Below the pieces are notes generated by a model. The model saw only the letters and a list, made by a program, of their open reading frames with translations, was not told where the DNA came from and made no database searches. DNA of 64,000 nt from Octopus sinensis (lineage: Eukaryota): NCBI RefSeq assembly GCF_006345805.1, contig NC_042997.1, positions 81,840,001-81,904,000 of the forward strand, in the 5' to 3' direction. This document shows, piece after piece, positions 12,400-25,850 of the stretch (its first letter is position 1; each line of letters starts with the position of its first letter). The position numbers and the translations under genes were made by a program.

Positions 12400-14210
12400 C
12401 AAGTTGTCAATAGAAACACCAAGAACCTGTTACTAATTTTCGATGGACATTTAATTTAATCAAACATAACTCAACAAGATGGCGAAGCGCGTCTCGAAAG
12501 AGTTGAGAAAAAAGAAAACTGCCCGTCCCAAGAATCTGGCCATCCCACGATTCTGTTGACTGCTGAAGATCCCCCCCTTCCCCCGTTATTGGCAATAATA
12601 CAGGTGAAGAGGAGAAGAAAAACGAGACTGGAACAGTACAAAGTCAACCTCTTAGTAAGAGAAGTAGTAGCAGTAACAGCAACAGTGGTAGCTGTGACAA
12701 CAGCAGCAACAGTGACAGCAGTAGCAGCAATAGTAGTCGTGGTAGCAACAACAACAACGCAAGAGACAGCAACATAAGTGGCAGCAACAATGGCAACAAC
12801 AGCAACAAAAATAGCAAAAATGACAACAGCAACAACGACAGCTGCAGCAACAACAACAACGAGAACATTACCAACAACAAAAACACGTTCGCGGCAGCAG
12901 CAGCGAAGAGCAAAGACCGTATTACCGTAGACCTCACAAATAGAGATGAAATGTTGACCCAGGCATGGGAACTGATTAAACAAGAAGAAACCTGGCCCAG
13001 CCTAATTATTCCGTCAGAGGCAATTGAAGCAGTTGAGAAAAGTATGGTACTTTCCAAATGCATCTCACCAGACACGAAAAGAGTGGCTTTAATAGCCCAA
13101 GTAGATATTGAAGCGGCATTGGGGTGCAACAGGGATGACACCGAGTACATAGCGAGTACAATGCGGCACCATTTCAGTTCTGTTTAAGCCAGAAGCCCTT
13201 GTTATGAAACATTCAATGACCCCTTTCAAAACCAGCAAAGTCAGTATGTACACCTCCCACATGGGAAAACGCACATCACGTGTCCGCATTCCTAGGATCC
13301 CACCAGGACTTGATATGTGGTGGATTCTAGGATGTATAATTGTGGCGGGGACGGATACCGTCCCAATAAAGGTGACAAGAACTGCCATGGAGGACTAGTC
13401 TGGGATTGACCTGGAGATACTTCTCCAGATCAGGCCCGAAAACCAAAAAAATCCCGGACCGCATATGTCTACAGAACTGGACGGTGATACACATAATAAC
13501 TGAGGGCAAAAGGGCGCATTGCTTCGTTTGTGGAAAAACTACTCATTTACGAGTTTGCTGCCACCAACTGGTAAAAAGTGCAAAGGGTCAAAGGCCTCCA
13601 CTGCTGCCTACGCTGGGACGAGGACCACAAACAACGGCAAGGCCACCAGCAACACCAAAGATATCAACCACCCTAGGGGGAAACGAGGAAAGGTTTCCCA
13701 CCCCCGCACCAAACAAAAACACACACATAAACAAAAATATAAACATACATAAACACACAGCAACAGACCCTCATCTTCCAGTAGTGAAAATGAAGGAAAA
13801 CCAAAAGGCCTCAAAAAGCAACAAGAAAGCGCAAAAGAAAATCTCCACAAAGCATAACAGCACCCACAATAAAAAATACAAACACCTCCCACGCAAACAT
13901 CTCCCCAATACCACCAACACCATCACCATCACCAGAATCCCCCAAACGCAAACAACATAAACAGACACAAGAACAAACACACAAATATCTAAAACTGCAG
14001 AAAGCACACTCACAGCGCACACCGACACAACAGAAACAACAAGACCATCACCACTACAGTCAAGCAAACAGATTAAACAACACCAACACAAAACACCCAA
14101 CTTCGTACTCATTAGAAGGGACAACGAGGAACTGATGGTCCTCGTAACACAAAACACGGAATTTAAAACAGGGGGAGTGATATTCGAATCGAGCACATTT
14201 CGCGTACCAT
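12400..14210 (+). mobile_element. Tx1/L1-clade ORF1 relic (Asn/Ser-rich N-terminus, gag-like zinc knuckle)
   Basis: SHMGKRTSRVRIPRIPPGLDMWW and EGKRAHCFVCGKTTHLRVCC align with SYMGKRSAKLHVEDIPRGYDIMW and EGRRPRCFKCGEKGHVRSNC in ORF1 at 49713-50357. Confidence 0.75.
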
Positions 14211-14211
14211 T

Positions 14212-14985
14212 AATATGCCAGCAACAAAATGAAACCATTGACCATGTGGTCTCCAAGTGCATTCTTCTAGCGCCTACAGAGTATCTCAACAGACACGATA
14301 GAGCTGCACAATATATTCACTGGGTAATCTGCAAAAACCTGGATTTGCCCCATGAAAAAAACTGGTGGGAACACAAACCACCCCCAGTGCTTGAAAATGA
14401 CCACATCTCACTCCTCTGGAACTTCACCATTCAAACCGACAGAAAGATAGATGCAAATAGACCAGACATCATATTGAAAGCTTCAAACAAAGAACATGCC
14501 TCCTCATTGATATGACTGTCCCAATCGATATAAACGTATCTGTCAAGACCTACCAAAAACTGAGCAAATATAAAGATCTTGAAATAGAAATCAGCAAAAT
14601 GTGGAACCTGAAGACTAAAACAATACCTGTTGTCATAGGTGCCCTGGGAATGATAGCAAAAGGGGCTGATAGCTACCTAACTCAGATACTAGGAAACCCC
14701 AAAATGGCAGAAATTCAAAAGATAGTGCTCATGGAAACTGCTCATATCCTACGCAAAATACTTTCTATGTAATCTCAAGGTTTAAAACAAACATAATTTT
14801 CGGTTTAAAAAAAAAAAAATTTTTTTTTTTTTAGACATTCATTAGTACAACACCAAAAACTCACCCCAAAAATATATGGCACACTAGGCGTAACAACAAC
14901 ATGAACTTCCAACCTGTTGTCTCTTGAGGTCTCTGGGTGAGACTTGGAGCCAACTTGTACAAGTATAAAGCAAAACTCAAACATA

Positions 14986-14987
<2 letters not shown>
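14212..14987 (+). mobile_element. 5'-truncated R4/Dong-clade 3' end (CCHC + RLE) ending in a (TAA)n tail
   Basis: CQQQNETIDHVVSKC, RHDRAAQYIHW, LWNFTIQTD, NRPDII and K..KYKDLEIEI..MW. Followed directly by (TAA)n. Confidence 0.9.
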
Positions 14988-15033
<46 letters not shown>

Positions 15034-15088
15034 TAATAATAATAATAATAATAATAATTATTATTATTACCATTATTATTATTATTGA
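14988..15088. repeat. (TAA)n switching to (TTA)n between two tail-to-tail R4 elements
   Basis: Direct reading; polarity switches at about 15057. Confidence 0.95.
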
Positions 15089-16760
15089 CTTTGCACAGCT
15101 TCTAACGCTGGAGATGTATTACTGTATCAGCTGTTCACTACCAGTGAACTAAGGTAACAACTTATTTTTCGAGCACCTTCCAGAGTATTCGGGCTGTTTT
15201 CTGAAAGTGCTCCGCCCTTATCGCATCCCCTATTTGTTCCATGTACTTCTCGAGATTTTTGCTCACTGTTCTCAGGGCTCCGATAATTATTGGTACTACT
15301 GCTACCTTTTTCATCGACCACAACTGCTTAACTTCCCAAGCTAACCTGTCATATCTCTCGACTTTTCTTTCTTCCTTATCGCATACCTTGTTGTCAGCTG
15401 GATATGCTATATCTATGATCCAGCATAGTTTGTTTTCTTTCTCAATTAAGACTATATCTGGCTTCCTATCCTCTATCTCATGGTCGCACTGAATCATAAA
15501 ATCCCACAGGATCTTTGCATTTTTATTTTCGACGATGCCTTCGGGTTTGTGGTCGTACCAATTTTTTTGTTCTGTCAAGTCCATATTTGTTGTAAAGTGT
15601 CCAATGGACAAGCCCGGCTATATGGTCGTGGCGTCTCTTATATTCCTTCTGGGCTAGTGGCGTACATTGGCTGGTAATATGCCATACGGTTTCACCATTT
15701 TGTCCACAGATTCTGCACTTATCACTTTCTGATGTGTTGACTATTCTGTATTTTATGTAGTTTGTTCTTAGTGCTTAGGGCAGCACAGATTAGAGCCTCC
15801 GTTTCCGATTTTAAATCAATTTTAGTCATCCACAGCCATATTTTTTCTCTGTCTGTCTTATCTTCAACATCCCTATGAAATTGACCATGCATTCTTTTCT
15901 TTACCCACCTATTTTCAGTTTCATTCGTTTTCAATTTCTTGTACAGAGCTTATCTTTGCAATCTTTTATCCTACACGAGCCTGACCTTCTTACTTCTAAT
16001 AATAGCGGTTGTGTGGCATTTTTTACGTACCATGCTATGTTGTTTTCGTCTACTCTAATGCTGTGTTCGCATCCAATAAGTCTTCTCCCCTTCTTTTTCT
16101 TGGTACATACAGTCTATCTGTGTCACTTTTTGGGTGGAGTGTCCCATATCTAGTTAGCAATTTCCTTGTCTTTTTGTCAAAGCTCTTTAGTTCGTGTACT
16201 GTCCATACGATTACCCCTGATCCATATCTAAGGAGTGAAACCGCCCAGGTGTTGATAGCTTCAATCTTATTCCGTCCGCTTAATTTTGATTTAAGGATTA
16301 GTCTCAGTCTGCGCAAGTACTCCACCTTAAATTTTTCTGTCATTTCTTTCTCCATCAATTTATCTATTTCCCAAATCCCCAAGTACTTATGGACTGTCTC
16401 TTCTATCTGCTTCATAACCTCCCCCGACGGTGCAATACCAAATAGTTTCATACATTCCAATACCAAATAGTTTCATACATTCCAATACCAAATAGTTTCA
16501 TACATTCCAATACCAAATAGTTTCATACATTCCATAATCCAAGAATGTGGGATCATATCGTACGCCTTACGATAGTCGATCCATGACATGGTTAAGTTAC
16601 TTTTCCTCCTCTTGCAGTCTCTAAGTACAGTTTTGTCAATCAGGAATTGATTTTTGGTACCTCTGCACTTATGCTTGCAAACCTTCTACTCATGTGGTAG
16701 GACTCCATTTTTTTTTCCAGATGTTCGTATATTGACTCTGCGAGTATTCCAGTCAATAAC
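15089..16760 (-). mobile_element. Internally deleted, 5'-truncated R4/Dong-clade element
   Basis: ILWDFMIQCD, RKPDIVLIEK (15162-15611); KYLGI...EYLRRLRLILKSKLSGRNKIEAINTWAV (16050-16466); [15 protein letters not shown] near 16530-16600. The YMDD core is missing. Confidence 0.9.
16433..16532. repeat. 25-bp unit x4 (caataccaaatagtttcatacattc)
   Basis: Four exact tandem copies counted. Confidence 0.95.
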
Positions 16761-16844
16761 TTCCGCATAAGTGGCAAACAGGATATCTACCGAATTGCCT
16801 TTTCCGATATTTTTCAAGCACAGCACTGTCCTACCTAATGTCAG

Positions 16845-16919
<75 letters not shown>

Positions 16920-16920
16920 T
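16845..16920. repeat. (CTA)n microsatellite
   Basis: Direct reading. Confidence 0.95.
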
Positions 16921-17452
16921 CGCTGCTATCAAAGCAGTAATGGCATTATTGGCTGTATTACTAATAAAGAAACAATAAAATAGGGAGCGGAGGCACCCTC
17001 TTAATGGAATACGCATTGTGGAGTTTTGTGGTTTGGTTGCCGCTTCATTTCCCGGGTGTAGTCAAGGTGTTAGTGAATGCCACGTAACCAAAAAAGAAAT
17101 CATGGGGAGAGAGAGTGGAAGGGGTGGGGTAGAGAAGAGAATGTGTGTCTCACAGTGCAACTGTATACACAGTATTGTGGTGGAGGGGTGGATAGGTAGG
17201 ATGGGCGCATCACACGCGAGTAAAGATGGGTGTGTTGCTAATGTGTTGAAGAAAACAAACAACAAATATACGACTATGAGAGAAAGAAAAAGAAAGGAGA
17301 GAAAAAGGTTATCACTAAAAGGCGGATCACGAGGAAGAAGAAGGTTACAATATAGAAAACGTTTCGAAAAACAGGCCTATACTTATGGAGAATACAGCAT
17401 GGGAATTCAGAAGTCCCAGTTATTATTATTATTATTATTGTTATTATTATTA

Positions 17453-17500
<48 letters not shown>

Positions 17501-17553
17501 CATTATTATTATTATCATCATTATTATTATCATTATTATTATTATCATTATTA

Positions 17554-17606
<53 letters not shown>

Positions 17607-17609
<3 letters not shown>

Positions 17610-17975
17610 TAGTTTTATTTTTATAGCGTGCTTTCACTTCACTACCGAGCGCAGCTCTGTGTGCCTTGGGTATGTGCTGTGATTTGTTGTGATGCTCTGA
17701 TGGTTATTGTATGGAAAGTGTTCTGCGTAGGATGTGTGCAGTGCTTAGTAGTGCAATTTTCTGTATGTTATATGTGTTTGTAAGTCCTGGTGTTTTTGTT
17801 ATGTATTTGTCTGAATATTTTTTTATCATGCCTAATGCACCTACTATGATAGGAATTGTTTCTGTTTTCAGATTCCACATTCTAGTTACCTCTATTTCCA
17901 GGTCTTTGTATTTTGAGAGTTTCTCCATTTCTTTTAGAGACACGTTGTCATCAGCCGGTATTGATACATCAATTT
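17607..17975 (-). mobile_element. R4/Dong-clade 3' terminal fragment inside (TTA)n, copy 1
   Basis: EKLSKYKDLEIEVTRMWNLKTETIPIIVGALG...QKIALLSTAHILRRTL; (TTA)n on both sides. Confidence 0.9.
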
Positions 17976-18014
17976 ATTATTATCATTATTATTATTATTA
18001 TATTATTATTATTA

Positions 18015-18062
<48 letters not shown>

Positions 18063-18114
18063 CATTATATTATTATTATCATTATTATTATCATTATTAT
18101 TATTATCATTATTA

Positions 18115-18155
<41 letters not shown>

Positions 18156-18169
18156 TTATTATTATTATT

Positions 18170-18538
18170 CAGTAGTTTTATTTTTATAGCGTGCTTTCAC
18201 TTCACTACCGAGCGCAGCTCTGTGTGCCTTGGGTATGTGCTGTGATTTGTTGTGATGCTCTGATGGTTATTGTATGGAAAGTGTTCTGCGTAGGATGTGT
18301 GCAGTGCTTAGTAGTGCAATTTTCTGTATGTTATATGTGTTTGTAAGTCCTGGTGTTTTTGTTATGTATTTGTCTGAATATTTTTTTATCATGCCTAATG
18401 CACCTACTATGATAGGAATTGTTTCTGTTTTCAGATTCCACATTCTAGTTACCTCTATTTCCAGGTCTTTGTATTTTGAGAGTTTCTCCATTTCTTTTAG
18501 AGACACGTTGTCATCAGCCGGTATTGATACATCAATTT
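18170..18538 (-). mobile_element. Identical duplicate of 17607-17975 (offset 563 bp)
   Basis: Same ORF translation and same 5' truncation point. Confidence 0.9.
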
Positions 18539-18545
18539 ATTATTA

Positions 18546-18584
<39 letters not shown>

Positions 18585-18585
<1 letters not shown>

Positions 18586-18725
18586 GGTAGCGAGCTGGTA
18601 GAATCGTTAGCACATCGGGCGAAATGCTTAGCGATATTTCGTCTGCCACTACGTTCTGAGTTCAAATTCCGCTGAGGCCGACTTTGCCTTCCATCCTTTC
18701 GGGGTCGATAAAATAAGTACCAGTT
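18585..18725 (+). mobile_element. SINE family A, cut short by the Gypsy LTR
   Basis: Family A body ends at ataagtaccagtt and joins TGTTAT; other copies continue further. Confidence 0.85.
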
Positions 18726-18913
18726 TGTTATGGAAATGATAGTAATAATGGGGCACCTCTCCCACATAGTGAGTAGTATGTGATAGTACAAATACTGTGA
18801 CGTAAGATATTGAGAGACACTCAGTTGGGTAGATAGTCATTAGATAGTGACTTGTCTAACTATACGGCTATACCTGAGTGGACGTTATAATAGTCCAAAA
18901 GAAGATTACAACA
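18726..18913 (+). repeat. 5' LTR of the Gypsy element
   Basis: TGTT...AACA termini, followed immediately by the PBS-like gTGGCGACGA (18914-18923). No 3' LTR found. Confidence 0.7.
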
Positions 18914-21900
18914 GTGGCGACGAAGAATTAACAAACTCACAAGAAATTAACAAACTCACGATGATTAAATAAACTCACAAGGAATTACGAAACTCACAAG
19001 AGCATTTTGAGCGAATTTTATGTAGTACAAAATTGTAAAATTATGGAAAAACTGCTGACCGGTTTGATCGAGTTGCAAAAACAGCAACAACAACAACTGA
19101 GAGAACAACAACAAATACTTTTACAGCAACATATGCTGCAATAACAAGTCGTCAAAAATGCTGAAAAGACGTTCTCGTCAGATTATGTTGCCAACTCAGT
19201 AACAGAATTTAACTATGAACCAGATGAAGGAGTTATCCTCGAGGCGTACTATAGAAGATACGAACAGATCTTCAATAAAGAGTGCAAAAATTGGGACAAC
19301 GATATGAAAACGCGTCTAATTCTAAGGAATATGGCAGCAGGAGAACATGAGCGTTACAGAAATTACGTACTCCCGAAAAGACCTTCTGGCATAAACTTTA
19401 AAAATACAATAGGCTTATTGAGTAAAAGTTATAGCAAGAAAAGCTCGTTGCTCAATACACACTGGAAGAGTTGGAACCAAAGAAAGAACAACGAGGAGGA
19501 CCACGTTACATATGCTGGTAGAGTTAACAGAGAATGTGATAAGTTCAGATATGTTTAAGTGCCTGATATTTACTCATGAACAAACTGCAGAAAAAGATGC
19601 AGAAATAAGAACAAGAATTCTAGCTAAGCTGGAACAAAACCAAGCTGTAACCTTACAACAATTGTCAGAAGAGTGATAGAATAGTAAATTTAAGACATGA
19701 CAGAGAAAATTGAACATAAAGATTGCTCCCAAGTGAAACAAGTGCGAAACAGGCAGAATAGAAATCAAGTGTGTACTAAAATACTGTACAAACAGGACAA
19801 AAATTAGGAAACAAACTTGTGTTTTGCATGTGGAAGTCCACAACTAAGAAAAAATTGCCCATTTAAGGAAGCAGAATGTTTCCGTTATGGAAAAATTGGA
19901 TGTGTAAAAGCACACTGAAAAACCATGACAAACGTTGGAACAAAGAAAAAAGAATAAACTAGATGTCGTTGAAAGAAAATTGTAATGTGACAAAGAGGAA
20001 ATTCGTAAATGTGAAAATTGAAAATATAAGAGTAAAAATGCAGTTAGACACTAGATATTACCATTGTGAATGAAGAAACTTGGAAGTAAGCCAAAATTAA
20101 GTAAATCTAAAACAGTAACACACAGTGTTACGTGTAAAAGATTATATTTTATAGAATTTCTGTGTAATGTGACATTTCGTGACCAAATGAAAACGGCAAA
20201 AGTATACGTGTTAAAAAATTCAGTAAATTTATTCAGCTCAAATTGGATGGAACTGTTCATTTTGTGAAATACGCCCAAAAGTGTCTTGTATGGGAATATA
20301 GTTGGTTCAGTCGAAGGTTGGAATGCGGCTGAGGGGTTGAAACGAAAAATAAAACATTTATTTCCAGATATTTTCTCGGATGAACTAGGCTGCTGCACGA
20401 AAACAAAGGCAATTGTAGTAAAAGAAAGTGCAACACCTGTATTTAAGTCAAAACGGAATGTACCGTCCGCGGCACTAGAACAAGTAAATAAAGGATTTGA
20501 AAGACTTGAAAACCTAGGAGTAGTCGAGAAGACGGACCACTCAGATTGGGCAATACCTACGGTCTACGCAAAAAAGAAAAATAATAAGATAAGAGTTTGG
20601 GCAGATTTTTCAACGGGGTTGAATGATTGCTTAATTTCATATAACTACCCATTGCCGAGTCCTGATGAAGTATTAGCAAAATTGAACGGAGGTAAAGTCT
20701 TCTCAAAATTAGACTTCTCAGGGGCATATCTATAAATCCAAGCAGAAGAAGAATGCTCACACTTGTTAATCATTAATACACACCGTGGCTTAATTTAAAC
20801 TTAAACGGCTTTCCTTCCATATTTCAGTACGTAATGGATGCAATGCTATTGACTGTGATTTTGCTATTGCCTATTTAGACGATATCCTAATAGAAAACAA
20901 ATCACATGAACAACATGTAGAACACGTAAAGAGAATATAAAAAAAAATGAGAATACAGTTTTAAGTTAAGTGAAGAAAAATGTGAACTCTATTTGAAAAA
21001 AATTAAATACTTGGGCCAGATAGTAGATAAAAATGGACGGAAACTGGATCCAGCCAAAGCAGCTGCGACAAAAAATATGTCTATGCTGAATAATGTGACT
21101 ATGCCACAAGCATTCTTGGGTTGAGTAAATTACTATCAAATTTACATTTCTAATATACACAATTGCCCCGCTAAATGATTTGTTAAAGAAAAATACAAAA
21201 TGGTGCTGGACTGATGAGTACTAGAAGGTATTTGACAAATTAAGAAAACATTTTCACATCGAACTTATTGTTAACGCATTTTGATCCGAAGTTGAATATT
21301 TTATTGGTTAAAGATGCGAGCGATTACGGCGTAAGAACAGTGCTCCTGCACAAATATGACGATGGGAGTAAAAAGGTTATAGCCCATGCGTCACGATCGT
21401 TATTACTAGCTGAAAGGAACTACAGCCATATAGAAAAGGAAGCGTTAGCAATCATATTCTGTGTGAAAAAATTCCATAGATTTATTCGCCCACTACTTTC
21501 AATATACAGTTATAAAAAAGGAATATCAACACACAGCAAATAGACTACAGTGATGGGGCACTACATTATTGAATTATGATTACAAGATGGAATATTTACC
21601 GTAAAAAAACTAGGGCATGCAGATGGTTTGTCCAGACTGATACCGAAACACTACAAGCCATTTGAAGATACGGTAATCGCAGCATTAATATCAGAAGGAG
21701 AAATAAAGTAAAGTAATGGGGAATGTGATACGCGAATTATCAGTAACCTTAGAAGACATAAAACGAAATGTAGACAAGGATAAAGTCATAAAAGAAATGA
21801 AAAGAATACTGTGGACAGGAAAAGTAAATAGGAACAGGATTAGTGCGAAGCGAAACCAAGATGTGAACCTATACTCAATTTGTGATGACGTATTGATGTA

Positions 21901-22482
21901 TGCACAGAGATTAGTAATTCCTGAAACATTACAAAAGAAAATGTTGAGGCTATTCCATGTTAGGCACCCTGGTATTTCGAGGATGAAAGCTATAATGCGT
22001 AGTTATGTGTACTGGCCAAAAATGGATAGAGAAATCGAAAATTTAGTGAAAGGCTGTAGAGGATGTGCCCTAACCCTAGCAGCAAAATTACCTATGATAA
22101 AAAGTGAACCTTGGCCAAAAGTAGATGTTCCGTGGTCAAGAACCGCTGGTTCCTTAGGCGGTTCATACTACTTAGTTGTAGTAGATAGTTTCTCTAAATG
22201 ACCAGAAATTTGTTAGTGTAAAAAGCCAACCTCCTCAACTGCGAGAAAATTTCTACAGGAGCAGTTTGCAAGATTCGGCGTCCCAGACGCAATAGTGTCT
22301 GACAATGGAACGCAATCTGTGTCTTTTGAGTTTAAAAAGTTTTGTAAAATGTCCGCTGTACAACATGTAACTACTGCGCCATACCATCCCAAATTTAATG
22401 GACAAGCAGAGCACTTTGCCGATACGTTCAAGAGAGCCCTAAGAAAGTCGAATAAGGAAGTCACGGAAGAGGTAACTCTACA
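18914..22482 (+). mobile_element. Decayed Gypsy/Ty3 (Mag-like) gag-pol: gag, protease, RT, RNase H, integrase
   Basis: Gag EHERYRNYVLPKRP; protease-like QLDT; RT FPDIFSDELG...DWAIP...YPLPSPDEVLAKLNGGKVFSKLDFSGAY; RNase H DASDYGV...ERNYSHIEKEALAIIF; integrase HPGISRMK...YVYWP...C..C and SDNGTQ. Confidence 0.92.
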
Positions 22483-25010
22483 ATTATCTAGCATTTCCTA
22501 TTCTCTTTATCTACTACTACTAAATCAAACTTTCTAGCTTCTATTACTCTGTCAGTCATAATGTTAAAGTCCAATAACATTGTATATTTCTTACTTTCTA
22601 GTTCATGTTCATACTAAGTTCATGTTCGTACCATTTATAAGTATTTTCAAATCCTAGCTTTCTACACAACTCCCAGTGGATTACTGTTTTCTTGTATTCT
22701 TTCTGTACCATCATGTTACATTCACTTACTACATAAGTAACACTTTCCTCTTTTGATTTGCATAATCTGCATTGGGTATCTACTTTGGCTTTAATCCACT
22801 TAGTTCTTAATGCTTTATCTTGTGCTGCTACTAACTAACTTTCTGTCTCCCTCTTCAGCTTTCCTTTCTGCAACCATAACCTTTCTCACTACTATTTGCT
22901 GCAACTATCTTTGAGATTCTGCCATGCTAATTCTTCTCCTGTTTGACAGATAACTTTTGTCCCTTTTTCTGGTTTTTAACTTCGTTTGGGGTTTTGATTT
23001 CCCTATGTCTTACTGTGACTCTAGCAGCTTTTAATAAACTTCACTATTACCCACATAGCTATATCTACTCTAGCAGTCTTCTACTGATATCAACCCTCTT
23101 CCACCTTCCTTTCTAGGTAAGTATAATCTTGCTACTCCTGCTCTTTGGTGGAGTCCTCCATTCATATTGTATTCCTTCCTAGTTCTTCTGTATGGTTTTG
23201 TTAATTCAGTTTTTGTCTACAAAAGCTGCTGAATATCTAAGTTATCTTATGCTTCCTGCTGTACTGAATATACTCAAAATGGGTGTAGGATCATGTCATA
23301 GGCTTTCTTATAATCTATTCCATGCTATTGTTAGATTTTTCCTTTCTATATTTTACTTAATTTAGGACTACTTTGTTTATACATAATAGATCATGCGTTC
23401 CTCTAGCCTTTTTTCTTGCAACCTTTCTATTCTTCTGGCAGTAAATTCTGGTCGTCAAGGTGCTCGTAAATGCTATCTGAAAGCTTCTTTACTAATGGTA
23501 AGCAAGTCATTGGTCTATAATTGCTAGCTGTATTACTCTTGCTTTTGTCTTTCATAAGGAGTATTGTTCTCCCTCTAATCATCCAATCTGGCATTACTAC
23601 TCAATTAACCCTTTGAGTCCTGACCTCCTGAACCTTATTTGACCAAATACCTGGCTTTCTGATGCACACCATCAGCAGAGCGGTGCTACAGTATAGAGAA
23701 CAATAAGCTAACCACCGGTAAATTGGTGTTATGAAGTTGTTCCCCCAGCCTCCCATGTAAACTACTAAATTTCTTTAACCAGTACCCTAGTTCTAAGTCT
23801 CGTTCTGAACCTTTCCATTCCAGCATTTTTCCTAACACTTTACTCATTAATGTTAGTCTTAGATTTGGCTGCTTTTAACTCACTACTTCTTCCCTCACTT
23901 TCTTTAACCATACTGCATCTTCATTATGATTAACTGGTTTATCCCAAATGTTACACCAGAATTTTCTAGCTTCTTTTGCATTAGATTTCTTATCTTCAAT
24001 ACTGTCTTCCCACTATTTATTTGGTTATAAAATCCCCTCTGGTCTGTTTCAAATAATCTATTCTGTTGATACTGATCTATTCTTTTCTGATATCTGGAAA
24101 GCTTACCTGCTACTGTTTCAACTCTTCTTTGACTGTCCCCAATCCTATCTCTTTGATTAAAGTATTATTTCTAAAGAGAAGATTTAAATCTAATGTTTCC
24201 TAACTTGTTCAGTTTCCAGGCTACTATTCTACTCAGATCTTGTTTTAAATCTTCCCTTTATTTTGTAGTCTCCTTTTCCACATTTGCTCTTTTCTAATCT
24301 TTCCTTGTAGAATATTTAATCTTCAAGTAACTACTACCGCAACTGCATAGATCAATAAGTTAGTGTCAACTATATTTTTATTATCTATCCTACTAATAAC
24401 AGAATTTAGTTTCTTAGTCATATCTGGCAGCTTCCCTATGTTTGTACCTTTTAATGCTGGAAATCTTTTTCTTATTTATTTACTCATTACTTCCTGCAAC
24501 TCATCTAATATCTTCACATCTTCCTCACTTAAATTGCTGGTGCCAGTTGTCCTTTCCTTATTGATAGTGCAATTATTATTTTTTTCCTTTAGGTTCTTCT
24601 TTATTTGAACTACATCACTTACGCTGTTGTTTGTCTTTCCTACTGCCTGGTCTTTCTTTCCCAGTTCTCTTGTGATCTTTTCTACCTCCAATTCTGTCAT
24701 CTACTTTCTTCTAAAAGCATTAGCTCTTCTCAGTCACATTAAACATACCCTTCGTTACCCAAAGTTTTAACACCCTTTTCTAAACCCCATTCTTTTAGGT
24801 TCATTTTTTAAGTAACACTGCATCACTATCCTGGCCCACTTCCTCCTCCTTACTGTATTATCTGCTGATGCTGTCTTAGGGTAACAGCTGTGATCCGCCT
24901 GCATCTTTATTGAACTACTGCTGAACGAGAGGCCTTCCCTTAATGTTCTAACCTCATTTCCTGTTACAATCAGAGTTTCTACGTAAAATCTTGTCTCTCA
25001 TAAACTGAGG
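22483..25010 (-). mobile_element. Heavily decayed R4/Dong-clade element, 3' end lost at the Gypsy junction
   Basis: Minus-strand remnants LLDFNIMTDRVIEARK.DLVVVDKE (about 22500-22590) and IDYKKAYDMI (about 23290-23325). Confidence 0.75.
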
Positions 25011-25694
25011 TATGATAACATTCGTCACCATCGTCATCACCAATATTATTATTCGACATCTTATAGCTTCAAGTAACCTTCTATTGCATCACTTGCTGCA
25101 CTTTTGTACTGGTGTGTGCACTATTTTTCCCCCTTTGGGGAATATTGTATTGCATCAGTATGTTATGGGGTTTGGTTTGTGTCTTCTGTTGTATTAGTTT
25201 TTGTATTGTGCGTTGCTTGTGCAGTACAGGTTGTGTTCTTCTTTTGGGTATCGGACTTCTATGGCACTTGTGGGATTTGTTCATTTTGTTGGGTATTTAC
25301 TGTATGAGTTTATTCCTGTGTATTTCGGGACGAGTGATGCACAGTAGTGTGTGTAAATCATAAATCAACCATTTCATTGTATTCACGGTTACTTGTCAAT
25401 CGTTTTTGTTTTCGTTTTGTTATGGGTCCGTCTTTATTGCGTTTACTTTTTGACAGAATACCGTCATGGACATGTGTTAATGTTTCTTTCGTATTTATAA
25501 TTATTATTGACGTATAAGCAAGAGACCGAGAGGAAACAGCAATGTACATATACAGAGAGGATTTGTATAAATATGGAAGCATATGCGATTAGAATTTGAC
25601 TCACAGGTTTGCAGTTTTCGTACAGCGGTATTGCAGTCGACGTGTTTACGTTTTCATGCGCGAATTGCAGTGGCGACGCATCTGAGGGAAGCTA

Positions 25695-25850
<156 letters not shown>

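Noticed and set aside
12471-13150. Hydrophobic Val/Ala/Leu-rich ORFs resembling membrane proteins
   Set aside because: Antisense or off-frame reads of the CAA/CAG-rich Tx1 ORF1 N-terminus.
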